Assembly (NCBI GenBank): GCA_965261455.1
Contig: OZ253453.1
Location: forward strand, 3,447,372-3,511,371
Length of the DNA: 64,000 nt
Source: Dehalococcoidia bacterium
GTDB taxonomy: Bacteria; Chloroflexota; Dehalococcoidia; SHYB01
Direction of reading: 5' to 3'
Position 1 is the stretch's first letter; the number at the start of each line of letters is the position of its first letter. Of this stretch, positions 8,357-17,438 are shown in pieces. A program made the translations under genes and the position numbers. The notes beneath the pieces were generated by a model. That model did no database searches. It was not told where the DNA came from and was given only the letters and a program-made list of their open reading frames with translations.

Positions 8357-9598
8357 ATGGACCGTCGCGTCGCGGTCACCGGCCTCGGCCTTGTTACGCC
8401 GCTGGGGCTCGACCTAATGTCGACGTGGCGAGCGGCCCTGGCGGGCGTCTCGGGCGTCGATACCATCGCGGGGTTCGACGCTGAGTCCTTCGCCACGCGC
8501 ATCGCCGCCGAGGTGAAGGGCTTCGACCCGCTGGCCTGCATGGAGCGCAAGGAGGCCAAGAACACCGACCGCTTCGTGCAGTTTGCCACCGCGGCGGCGC
8601 TGGAGGCGCTGGCTCACGCCGGTCTGGACGTCGAGGGCAACGCCGACGAGGTGGGGTGCATCGTGGGCAGCGGCATCGGTGGGATCGGCACGCTGTCGAA
8701 GCAGGTGACGACGTTGAACGAGCGCGGGCCGAGCCGTGTCTCGCCATTCTTAGTCCCCATGATGATCGCGGACATGGCGTCGGGGCACCTCTCGATACGT
8801 CTGGGCGCCAAGGGGCCGAACTTCTGCACGACTTCGGCCTGTTCGAGCGGGGCCGACGCCATCGGCGTCTCGGCGGAGATGATCCGGCGAGGCGAGGCGA
8901 CGGCCATGATCACCGGCGGCGCCGAGGCCTGCGTGGTCCCCATCGGACTCGCCGGTTTCTCTTCCGCCGGCGCGCTCTCCAAACGCAACGATGAGCCGAC
9001 CAAGGCCTCCCGGCCGTTCGACGCCGACCGCGACGGGTTCATCCTGGGCGAGGGCTCGGGGATCTTGATTCTCGAAGAGATGGAGCACGCCAAGGCGCGG
9101 GGCGCCACGGTGCTCGCCGAAATGGCGAGCTACGCGGCCACCGCCGACGCGCATCACATCACGCAGCCCGCGGAGCGCGCCGAGGGCGCGGCGCGGGCGA
9201 TGCGCCACGCCCTGAAGAAGGCCGGACTCGGCGTCGACGAGATCGACTACATCAACGCGCACGGCACCTCGACGCCGCTTAACGACAAGTTCGAGACCAT
9301 GGCGATCCACGACGTCTTCGGCGACGAGGCGCCCAAAATCCCGATCAGCTCGACGAAGTCGATGACGGGGCACCTGATCGGTGCCGCGGGAGCGGTCGAG
9401 GCCGCCTTCTCGGTGCTGGCGATCCGGGACGGCGTCGTCCCGCCGACGATCAACCTCGAGACGCCCGACCCCGACTGCGATCTGGACTACACGCCGCACA
9501 TCCCCAAGCGCGGGCCGGTGCGCGCGGTGCTCTCGAACTCGCTGGGCTTTGGCGGCCACAACAGCTGCCTTGTCTTCCGCCGCTACGAGGGGTCGTGA
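8357..9598 (+). CDS. fabF: Beta-ketoacyl-ACP synthase II
   Basis: MDRRVAVTGLGLVTPLG… with active-site Cys in …TACSSGADAIG and His motifs NAHGTSTPLND / SMTGHLIGAAG. Confidence 0.9.
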   Translation: MDRRVAVTGLGLVTPLGLDLMSTWRAALAGVSGVDTIAGFDAESFATRIAAEVKGFDPLACMERKEAKNTDRFVQFATAAALEALAHAGLDVEGNADEVGCIVGSGIGGIGTLSKQVTTLNERGPSRVSPFLVPMMIADMASGHLSIRLGAKGPNFCTTSACSSGADAIGVSAEMIRRGEATAMITGGAEACVVPIGLAGFSSAGALSKRNDEPTKASRPFDADRDGFILGEGSGILILEEMEHAKARGATVLAEMASYAATADAHHITQPAERAEGAARAMRHALKKAGLGVDEIDYINAHGTSTPLNDKFETMAIHDVFGDEAPKIPISSTKSMTGHLIGAAGAVEAAFSVLAIRDGVVPPTINLETPDPDCDLDYTPHIPKRGPVRAVLSNSLGFGGHNSCLVFRRYEGS

Positions 9599-11325
9599 GC
9601 CTGAGCACGAGGCCGAAGCGCCTCTGGCGAACGCATCCCGAGCCTCCCGATTCCTACTTCGCGCGCATGGCGGCCTATCCGCCCATCGCGGCGCGAGTGC
9701 TCTACAACCGTGGGATCCGTGGCCCCGAGGAGGCGAAGGACTTCCTCGACGCGTCGCTTCCCGCGGGCGAGAGCGGGTCGCTGCTCCATGAGTTCCGGCC
9801 CGCAGTCGAACGGTTGGCGCGCGCCGTCGAACGTGGCGAGCGCATCGCCGTCTACGGCGACTTCGACGCCGACGGCGTCACCTCGGCGGCCATACTGACC
9901 AAGGGGCTGCGCGGCCTCGGCGTGACGGTCATGCCCTACATCCCAGACCGTGTTGCCGAAGGGCACGGCCTCAACGAGGGGGCGGTCCGCCTGCTGGCGG
10001 AGTCGGGCGCGGACCTGATCGTCACCGCCGACTGCGGGATCACCGACGCGGACGAGGTGGCGCTCGCCGCGGAGCTGGGCGTCGATACGATCGTGACCGA
10101 CCATCACTCGCCGCCGGCGCGCCTTCCCGACGCGGCGGCGGTGGTGAACCCCAAGCTGCCGGGCCAACCGGCGGCGTACCGCGAGCTCGCCTCCTGCGGC
10201 GTGGCCTACAAACTGATTGAGGCGCTGTACGAGCACGCGGGCAAGACGGTCGGCGAATCTCTTTCGGGGCTCGCCGCGCTGGGGACCATCGCGGACATGG
10301 CGCCGCTGACCGGCGGGAACCGCGCGCTGGTGCGCCAGGGGCTCGCCGCGCTGAACGGCGCCTGCGACGCGGGAATCAAGGCGCTCATCGAGGTGTCGAG
10401 GATCCGGGCTGGACGGGTCGACGCGGAGGCGGTCTCATTCTCCCTGGCGCCCCGCATCAATGCGCCGGGGCGCATGGGCCACGCTGAAGACGGCTACAAG
10501 CTGCTCACCGCCGAGTCGGCGGACGAGGCGGCGGCGCTGGCCAAGACGCTCGACGCGAAGAACCTGGAGCGGCGGACGGTGACGGCGGCGATTGTGGCCA
10601 AGGTGCTGGAGCGGCGGGCGGCGTTCGAGTCGAGCCCAATTATCATCCTTGGGGACGCGGACTTTCCGCCCGGCGTCGTCGGGCTGGCGGCGGGCAGGCT
10701 GACCGATCAGTACTACCGGCCCGCCATCGTGTGCACGACCGGCCCGGAGGAGACGCGAGGAAGCTGCCGGAGCATCCCGGAGTTCGACATGATCGAGGCG
10801 CTGCGGCGCGTGGACGGGGAGGCGGACGGCATCTTCCTGCGCTACGGCGGCCACGCGCAGGCGGCGGGCTTCACCGTCGCGGCGGACCGGTTCGCCGAGC
10901 TTACCGAACGTCTGACCGCGGTGGCCGCCGAGGAGTTGCGCGGGGTCGAGCTCGCCCCGCGCCTGGAGATCGACGCCGAGGTCCCGCTCGACCGGATCGA
11001 CGGCGCGACGATCAAGGCGCTGCGCCGGATGGAGCCCTACGGGCAGGGGAACCCTCCGCCGACCTTTCTGGCCCGCGGCGTCGAGGCACTCGACGCGCGC
11101 CCGCTAGGTGCAAGCGGGGACCACCTGCGGTTGAAGATCCGCGCCGGCAGGGTGACCTGGAACGCGATCTACTTCAACGCGGCGGTCCCGGCGGAGGCGG
11201 CGCGCGGCGCGCTCGACCTCGTCTTCGCGCTCAAGGTTGACCGCTTTGGGGAGCACGAGACGCTCCGGCTTGAAGTGCTGGACCTGGCCCTGCACACCGC
11301 CGGAGTGCAGACGGCGATGCTGTAG
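9595..11325 (+). CDS. recJ: Single-stranded-DNA-specific exonuclease RecJ (DHH/DHHA1)
   Basis: 576 aa with DHH motifs VYGDFDADGVTS, DHH at TDHHSPP, and GGHAQAAG. Overlaps fabF by 4 nt. Confidence 0.9.
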   Translation: MSLSTRPKRLWRTHPEPPDSYFARMAAYPPIAARVLYNRGIRGPEEAKDFLDASLPAGESGSLLHEFRPAVERLARAVERGERIAVYGDFDADGVTSAAILTKGLRGLGVTVMPYIPDRVAEGHGLNEGAVRLLAESGADLIVTADCGITDADEVALAAELGVDTIVTDHHSPPARLPDAAAVVNPKLPGQPAAYRELASCGVAYKLIEALYEHAGKTVGESLSGLAALGTIADMAPLTGGNRALVRQGLAALNGACDAGIKALIEVSRIRAGRVDAEAVSFSLAPRINAPGRMGHAEDGYKLLTAESADEAAALAKTLDAKNLERRTVTAAIVAKVLERRAAFESSPIIILGDADFPPGVVGLAAGRLTDQYYRPAIVCTTGPEETRGSCRSIPEFDMIEALRRVDGEADGIFLRYGGHAQAAGFTVAADRFAELTERLTAVAAEELRGVELAPRLEIDAEVPLDRIDGATIKALRRMEPYGQGNPPPTFLARGVEALDARPLGASGDHLRLKIRAGRVTWNAIYFNAAVPAEAARGALDLVFALKVDRFGEHETLRLEVLDLALHTAGVQTAML

Positions 11326-11353
11326 CCCGCGCGTCCGGCCTGGGCGCGTGGGC

Positions 11354-12670
11354 TCATTCTTCGACGTGCAGGCCGATCTTCTCCAGGTCGCCGTTGATCT
11401 CTTCGATATTGGCGTAGGGGCCGATCTTCGTCGCGACCACGACGCCGTCGGCGTCGATGACGTAGGTCGAGGGGACGCCGAAGAGGCCATAGCCTTGGTC
11501 CGCGATCATGCGGCCGTCGTCGATGACGACGTTGAGGGCAAGGCCGATCTCGTCAAAGAAGGCGGTGACAGCCTCGCCGGTCTCGTCGAGATCGACGGCG
11601 AGGAGGGTGAGTTCGTCGCCGAGGGTGTCGTGGACTCTCTGTAAGTCCGGCATTTCGGCGCGGCAGGGCCCGCACCAGGTGGCCCAGAAGTTGACGATGA
11701 CGGGCTGACCGCGGAGTTCGGCGAGGCTGAACTCCTCGCCGTCGTCGGAGGTGAAGCGGAAGTTGGGGGCGAGCTTGCCGGGCACGGCGCCGGCCTCGCC
11801 GCCGGGGGTGTCGGCGAGCCCGAGGGACTGGTAGATGGTGAAGCCCTCGCTCGCGTCTAAGGGCCGCTCCACGGCCGGGGGAGCGCTCTCTAGGAAGGAG
11901 AAGTATTCGTTGAGCTTGGTCAGCTGGTTGAAGAAGATGAGGAGGCCGATGAGCACCATCAGGATGCCGCTGGCGACGGTGATCGCGGGGAGGTAGCGGT
12001 TCACCTTCTTGAAGATAGGCGTGATCTGGCCCAGTGCCGCACCGGTGATGAGGAACGGGATGCTGAGGCCGGCGGTGTAGAAGGCAAGCAGGATGGTGGC
12101 CTGGCCCGCGGCGCTCCAGGCGTTTAGGGAGTTGCCGGCCTCGTTGAAGGCGAGGGTGAGGATCGCGCCGAGGAGGGGGGTAATGCACGGCGTCCAGCCG
12201 ACGCCGAACGCGCCGCCGACGATGGTCGAGCGCCAGTACGAGGGTGGGGCGTCCTCGCCGCCGATGTGGATGCGGCGTTCGCGGAAGTAGATTCCGTCGA
12301 GCCAGTTGGTAAGCGGTCCCAGCACGGTCCGCAGCACCGGGAGCTTGAATACCCCCGCCATGTAGAGGCCCACGGCTATGAGCAGGGCGCCGGCGATGCG
12401 CGCGATCAGGTCGCCATAGCCGCCGGCGGTCCCTCCGAGGACGCCGACGGTCGCGCCGAGAATGATGAATGGCACGGAAAAGCCGATGACGAAGCCGAGG
12501 CTGTGGAGGAACGTCGTCCGCCCGCCCTGGAGTTGTCCGTCCTTGATGGAGACGCCGGAGAGATGGCCCAGGAAGATCGGAACGAGCGGCAGGACGCACG
12601 GGGAGACGAAGGAGGCGATTCCCCCGACGAAGGCTACGATCAGGGCGACGAGTGAGAGGTCTTCGATCAT
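11354..12670 (-). CDS. Fusion of a cytochrome c biogenesis CcdA/DsbD-like membrane domain with a C-terminal TlpA/ResA-type thioredoxin
   Basis: N-terminal TM domain carries the Cys pair SPCVLPLVP. C-terminal domain carries WATWCGPCRAEMP (CxxC). Confidence 0.8.
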   Translation of the reverse strand: MIEDLSLVALIVAFVGGIASFVSPCVLPLVPIFLGHLSGVSIKDGQLQGGRTTFLHSLGFVIGFSVPFIILGATVGVLGGTAGGYGDLIARIAGALLIAVGLYMAGVFKLPVLRTVLGPLTNWLDGIYFRERRIHIGGEDAPPSYWRSTIVGGAFGVGWTPCITPLLGAILTLAFNEAGNSLNAWSAAGQATILLAFYTAGLSIPFLITGAALGQITPIFKKVNRYLPAITVASGILMVLIGLLIFFNQLTKLNEYFSFLESAPPAVERPLDASEGFTIYQSLGLADTPGGEAGAVPGKLAPNFRFTSDDGEEFSLAELRGQPVIVNFWATWCGPCRAEMPDLQRVHDTLGDELTLLAVDLDETGEAVTAFFDEIGLALNVVIDDGRMIADQGYGLFGVPSTYVIDADGVVVATKIGPYANIEEINGDLEKIGLHVEE

Positions 12671-12719
12671 GGTGGTGGACCCAGGTATGGGGTTATACGA
12701 CTCCGCGGATCAGATGGCT

Positions 12720-15128
12720 CTACCGATCATACGCGTGCGTCACGGCGGCGCCGTCGGCGTGCATGGCCGCGATCTCGTCGGCGGTGAAGCCGGTCTCTCT
12801 CAGGATGTTCGTGGTGTGCTCGCCCAGGTAGCAGTTCGCGCCCTCGTTGGCCGGCGTCAGGGAGAAGTCGAACGGCGCGGCGTGGCGCAGGTAGGCGCCG
12901 AGCGACGGGTGCTCGACTTGCTTCATCAGCCCAGCTTCGAGCGCCCAGGGCGTCTCTGTCATGAAGCGCCCGGTGTCGCGGTCGGCGAGGCGGACGCAGG
13001 GAACGCCGGCGGGCAGGAGGCGCCGCTCCCAGTCCTCGGCGGAGGCTTCGGCGAAGGCGAGTTCGAGTATCGCGGCGATTTGGGCGTCATGCTCGCGGCG
13101 ACCCTGCTTGGTCGAGAAGGCGGGGTCGGCGAGTCGCCCGCCGAGGGCGCCGGCGAGGGCGGCCCATTCGTCGTCCTGAGGGCAGGCCAAGAAGACCCAG
13201 CCCTCGCCGCAGCGGTAGATGCGGTAGACCGCGCTCAACCCGTTGAAGTCGGTGTCGGCAAGCGGGCGCTCGGGTTTGCCATCGTACTGGAGCGCGTCGT
13301 CGGCGTTGGCGTAGAGGTTGGCGCTCAGCATCGACGTCTCGATGTACTGGCCCTCGCCGGTGCGGGCGCGGTGGTAGAGGCCCATGAGGATGGCGGCGCA
13401 GTGGGTGAGGGCGGCGACGGGATCGGGGTTGGACTCGTTGGCGCGCCGGAGGATGTCGCTCATGGCCTTTACGCCGTCGAGGTCAAGCGGGACGTCGGAG
13501 GCCGTGGGCAGGTCGCCGCCAAGCTGGTACCGAGGCCCGCCGGTGATGGCGGCGGCGATGGGGTGGAAGCCGGTGCGGTGGGAGTGCGGCCCCGTCGAGC
13601 CGTAGGCCCCGGCGTAGAGGTAGACGATGCCGGGCCGGAGACGCTTGGCCGTTTCGTAGTCCATGCCCAACCGCTCGGGGACGCCGGGCCGGAAGTTGTG
13701 GAGAAGGACGTCGGTGTTTTCGATCAGCTTATGCAGGACGCGCCGCCCCCGTTCGTCCTTCAGGTCGATGGCGAGGGACTCCTTGCCCTGCAGGGTCTTG
13801 CACATGCGGGGGAAGCTCATGATGCGGTAGGCGTCGCCGGTGACAGGCTCGACCTTGATGACGCGGGCGCCGAGGTCGGCGAGGAGAGCGGTGGCGTAGG
13901 GGCCGGCGATGTAAGAGGCGAATTCGAGGACCTGCAAGCCTTCGAGCGGGGACCGCGGCGGGGTCGAGGTGGGCCGCGGCGCGGGGGACGCGGCGTGGTC
14001 GAGGCCGGCGAGAACGGCGGCGGTGTCGGCGCCGAGACGTGGCGCCGGGCCGCCGGCCTCCAGCGGAGTCGTGCCGAACTTGGCCAGGACGCCGAGCTGT
14101 TTGGTCGCGCCCGCGTCGGGATCGGGGAGGTCGATCACGTTGCGGTTGTGAATCGCTTGGGAATGCCGCATCCCTTCTTGCGTGGTGCGGAAGGGCTCGG
14201 CGGCGATGTCGTTCTCCATGAAGATGCGCATCCACTCGTCGCGGTCTTTTTCGAGCAGGGCTGCGAGGCAGAGGCGCTGGAGTTCGCGCAGGTCATCCCC
14301 TTTAGCGAAGACGGGCTGGTTGGCGTAGCGCTCGTCTTGGAGGGTCCAGTCTAGTCCTAACTGCTGCAGGAAGTTGAACAGCGTTTGGGGTGTGAGGTTG
14401 CCGAACTGGATCCAGTGGCCGTCTTTCGATCTGCCGGTCATGTAGGGCGGGACGCCGCCACCGTTGTAGCGGAACGGCCCGTTGAACTCGCCGCGGTCAT
14501 AGAGCTGCCAGCCGACGAAGTAGCTCAGGTCGAAGTTCATCGTCGCTTTGAGCAGGCTGGTCTCGACGCGCTGGCCTTGGCCGCAGCGCTCGCGGACGAC
14601 GAGGGCGGCGAGAATGGCCTGGACGGTGTTGAGCGCCGTGCCGTAGCTGGTGAGGAACTGGGCCGGGTAGGCGGGACGGTCGGCGCCGGTGGTCTCGTAG
14701 TGGGTGTCCATGCGTCCGGCGACGGCGTTGACGACGCCCTCGTAGGCGCGGACGTTGGCATAGGGGCCGGTGGAGCCGAAGCCGGTGAGGTCGGCGTAGA
14801 CGAGGCCGGGGTTGCGGGCGGCGAGGCCGTCGTAGTCCATGCCGAGACGGGCGGCCACGCCCGGGCGGAAGCCGGCGAGGACGACGTCGGCGGTGTCGGC
14901 GAGGCGCTGGGCGTCGGTGCGGCCTTCCTCTGTCTTGAGGTCGAGGACGACGCTGCGCTTGCCGCGGTGCCACATGAGGGCGGCGTAGTGCTCGCGGCTG
15001 GGATCGCCCTCCGGCGGCTCCACCTTAACGACCTCGGCGCCCGCGTCGGCGAGGACCATGGTGGCCAAGGCGCCGGTAAAGCTACGGGTGAGGTCGATGA
15101 CTCGCAGGCCCTGGCAAGGGGTCGGCAT
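12720..15128 (-). CDS. Tandem fusion of two family-III CoA-transferase (CaiB/BaiF) domains
   Basis: 802 aa. Two N-terminal Rossmann signatures, LRVIDLTRSFTGALATMVLADAGAEVVKVEPP and LQVLEFASYIAGPYATALLADLGARVIKVEPV, lie about 400 aa apart. Each is followed by the conserved Asp region. Confidence 0.85.
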   Translation of the reverse strand: MPTPCQGLRVIDLTRSFTGALATMVLADAGAEVVKVEPPEGDPSREHYAALMWHRGKRSVVLDLKTEEGRTDAQRLADTADVVLAGFRPGVAARLGMDYDGLAARNPGLVYADLTGFGSTGPYANVRAYEGVVNAVAGRMDTHYETTGADRPAYPAQFLTSYGTALNTVQAILAALVVRERCGQGQRVETSLLKATMNFDLSYFVGWQLYDRGEFNGPFRYNGGGVPPYMTGRSKDGHWIQFGNLTPQTLFNFLQQLGLDWTLQDERYANQPVFAKGDDLRELQRLCLAALLEKDRDEWMRIFMENDIAAEPFRTTQEGMRHSQAIHNRNVIDLPDPDAGATKQLGVLAKFGTTPLEAGGPAPRLGADTAAVLAGLDHAASPAPRPTSTPPRSPLEGLQVLEFASYIAGPYATALLADLGARVIKVEPVTGDAYRIMSFPRMCKTLQGKESLAIDLKDERGRRVLHKLIENTDVLLHNFRPGVPERLGMDYETAKRLRPGIVYLYAGAYGSTGPHSHRTGFHPIAAAITGGPRYQLGGDLPTASDVPLDLDGVKAMSDILRRANESNPDPVAALTHCAAILMGLYHRARTGEGQYIETSMLSANLYANADDALQYDGKPERPLADTDFNGLSAVYRIYRCGEGWVFLACPQDDEWAALAGALGGRLADPAFSTKQGRREHDAQIAAILELAFAEASAEDWERRLLPAGVPCVRLADRDTGRFMTETPWALEAGLMKQVEHPSLGAYLRHAAPFDFSLTPANEGANCYLGEHTTNILRETGFTADEIAAMHADGAAVTHAYDR

Positions 15129-15349
15129 AGGCGCTTCCGTTCAGGCGATGAACGCTCGACGAACGAGTATAGCATTCCGGCCCCAGCCGAGGCCCACTCG
15201 CGAGGGTGACGCGCTTCGATGGCCTTTGGCGGTTGCGGCGTTTGGTTGGCGGAAGGCGCACCGGGGCCAAGGGGGCGATCCCATTTAAAGAGTGAGAAGG
15301 AGCGGCCGGCGCGCCGGGGAGGGCGGCCGGCCCCACGAGCCCGGCGGGA

Positions 15350-15622
15350 TCAATGGGCCGAGCTTGCTCTCCCAGTCTCTCTTTCCAACTCGCGCAGCCA
15401 CGCTTCGCACAGGGCGTCGATGGCAGCGAAGGGTTCTTCAAGGCGTTCGCCGAAGGGCAGTTTCGCCTCGCGCAAGCGCCGACGGAGTCTCTCGTCGTCG
15501 AAATAGGAGACACGGGTATCTCGACGACCGGCGCTCGTTGTGCCTACGCGCTTGAGTTCCCGGAGGAAGGCGTGTTCCCACCGATTCCCGGGGAGTTCCC
15601 GTGGCTTATCGCGCGCGCCCAT
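15350..15622 (-). CDS. Hypothetical small protein
   Basis: Internal ATG of track ORF 15350..15691 (MGARDKPRELPGNRWEHAFLRELKRV…). Helical-looking sequence with no recognised family. Confidence 0.3.
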   Translation of the reverse strand: MGARDKPRELPGNRWEHAFLRELKRVGTTSAGRRDTRVSYFDDERLRRRLREAKLPFGERLEEPFAAIDALCEAWLRELERETGRASSAH

Positions 15623-15795
15623 GGCCAACCGGCGACCTCCGAGAGGAGAGGCCGTCAGTGGTTGGCCGGCACCGCTGGGCTGGGTGTGCATGAGGACATA
15701 GTAGGGGGTGGGGGCGGGGATGCGGAAGGGGCGGATGGCAGAGCGAGGGGGGCAGGGGCGTCATGCTATGATCCGGCGATGGCGGAGATAGGTCG

Positions 15796-16374
15796 GTGAA
15801 GGATACGGTCGACCTCGCGCGGCTCGGCGAGTGGCTGCGCCGCCGCGAGCGGTGGCGGGGCGCCGAGGGCGAGCGTCCCCGCGCCGCGGTGCTGATTCCG
15901 CTGTACGGCCCGGGCCCGGACTTCCGCGTCATCTACACGGTGCGCACGCAAGAGGTCGAGCACCACAAGGGCGAGATATCGTTCCCCGGCGGGGGCGTCG
16001 AGCCTGCCGACGAGTCGCTGGAGCACACGGCGCTCCGCGAGACCCACGAGGAGGTCGGCATCGCGCCCGCCGACATCACCCTCCTTGGGCGCTTGGACGA
16101 CATCATCACGATCTCGGACTTTCTGGTCACACCGGTGGTGGGGCGCGTCGAGGTGTTCCCCTACGCCTTCGCGCCGGCGCCGCTGGAGGTGGCGGAGGTG
16201 CTCGAAGTCCCCCTGTCGCACCTCCGGGACCCCGCGAACATTGAGGGGCATCCCAATCCACCCCCCGGACGGTCCCGCGCGAAGTTCCCCGCCTACCGCT
16301 TCGGCGAGCACCTGATCTTCGGCGCCACCGCGCTGATGACGACGTACCTTCTGCGCGCGCTCGCGGAGGGGTAG
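15796..16374 (+). CDS. NUDIX hydrolase, CoA-pyrophosphatase-like
   Basis: Nudix box GEISFPGGGVEPADESLEHTALRETHEEVGI. Length and layout resemble NudL-type CoA pyrophosphatases. Confidence 0.8.
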   Translation: MKDTVDLARLGEWLRRRERWRGAEGERPRAAVLIPLYGPGPDFRVIYTVRTQEVEHHKGEISFPGGGVEPADESLEHTALRETHEEVGIAPADITLLGRLDDIITISDFLVTPVVGRVEVFPYAFAPAPLEVAEVLEVPLSHLRDPANIEGHPNPPPGRSRAKFPAYRFGEHLIFGATALMTTYLLRALAEG

Positions 16375-16450
16375 GGGGTAGGGGGCCCAAGGCCTTTCTC
16401 GCAACTTGCTGGGCGCCCAACTGGCGCAGTCTTCAGAATGAGGTGAACCC

Positions 16451-17431
16451 GTGCCAGGCAAGAAGCGCCCATTCCTGCGAACGGCTTTCGCAAAGGCCCT
16501 CCAGTCCCACATGCAAACGTGGCGTGGCGATATTGGCAAACGTCCGCCGATGTGGGAGGAGTGGACCGAGGGAATCCATCCCAACTATCGAGGCTTAGCC
16601 GAGGAGACCCGGCGCGCCGATTCGGTGAAACTTCATAGTCACATCTCCGCGCTCATCAGTTCCCAGGCGTTTGCGTTCAATCTCTTCCTGCCGTTCCGGG
16701 AGGGGAAGCGAGGGCGGCTTTCCGAACGCATCGGCGAAATGGTCGGCGCCCGGCTGACCATTGATAAGGTGCGTTTCGAGTTTGTGCCCCCCGGTGAGTT
16801 GCTGTGTGAATTGGATGGCGCATACCCCGCCGCCGAACCCGCTACGGTGGTTGACGTAGTGCTGTGGGGATGGCTGGAGAATGGTCGCCGCGCTGCCGTC
16901 TTAGTCGAGGTCAAACTGAGTGAGAGAACGTTCTCAGATTGCAGCGGGTACATTAGCAAACACAACGAGCGTCAAGACGTCTGCGAGAACGCGAGGTTAT
17001 TCTTTAATGTGCGACCGTCCACGGCTAATGATCCAGACCGGAACGCCTGCTATATCCGCAGACCGAAGGGGAAGCAGCGGGACTGGCGCTATTGGGAGAT
17101 CTTCAGCAGGAGCTACGGCAGTGTTCGGGACGCCTTCCCCGGCGCGGAACTCGGCGGACGGTGTCCCTTCGCCCGTGACCTGTATCAGCCTATGCGAAAT
17201 CTCGCCATCGCCCGGGGTCTCGAACAGGAGGATATGGTCGAGAAGGCGTGGTTCGCGCTCTGCCTGCACGACAGGAACCCCGACATTCCCAAACATTGGG
17301 AAGAGTGGACAAGCCTTCTACCCGACCCATCTATGGCTCCATGTCTCCCTGCGTCGGAGATCGTCAGCGTCGGCGAAGCCGAGGGGCTGAACGGGTGGGC
17401 GGAATACATGCGCGAGCGCTATCAACTCTAG
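16451..17431 (+). CDS. Uncharacterised protein with PD-(D/E)xK nuclease-fold motifs (gene 1 of a two-gene module)
   Basis: 326 aa. Motif …VVDVVLWGWLENGRRAAVLVEVKLSE (D … E-V-K) is preceded by a helix ending FRE. Visibly lower G+C than the flanks. Confidence 0.6.
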   Translation: MPGKKRPFLRTAFAKALQSHMQTWRGDIGKRPPMWEEWTEGIHPNYRGLAEETRRADSVKLHSHISALISSQAFAFNLFLPFREGKRGRLSERIGEMVGARLTIDKVRFEFVPPGELLCELDGAYPAAEPATVVDVVLWGWLENGRRAAVLVEVKLSERTFSDCSGYISKHNERQDVCENARLFFNVRPSTANDPDRNACYIRRPKGKQRDWRYWEIFSRSYGSVRDAFPGAELGGRCPFARDLYQPMRNLAIARGLEQEDMVEKAWFALCLHDRNPDIPKHWEEWTSLLPDPSMAPCLPASEIVSVGEAEGLNGWAEYMRERYQL

Positions 17432-17438
17432 GAGGCCG

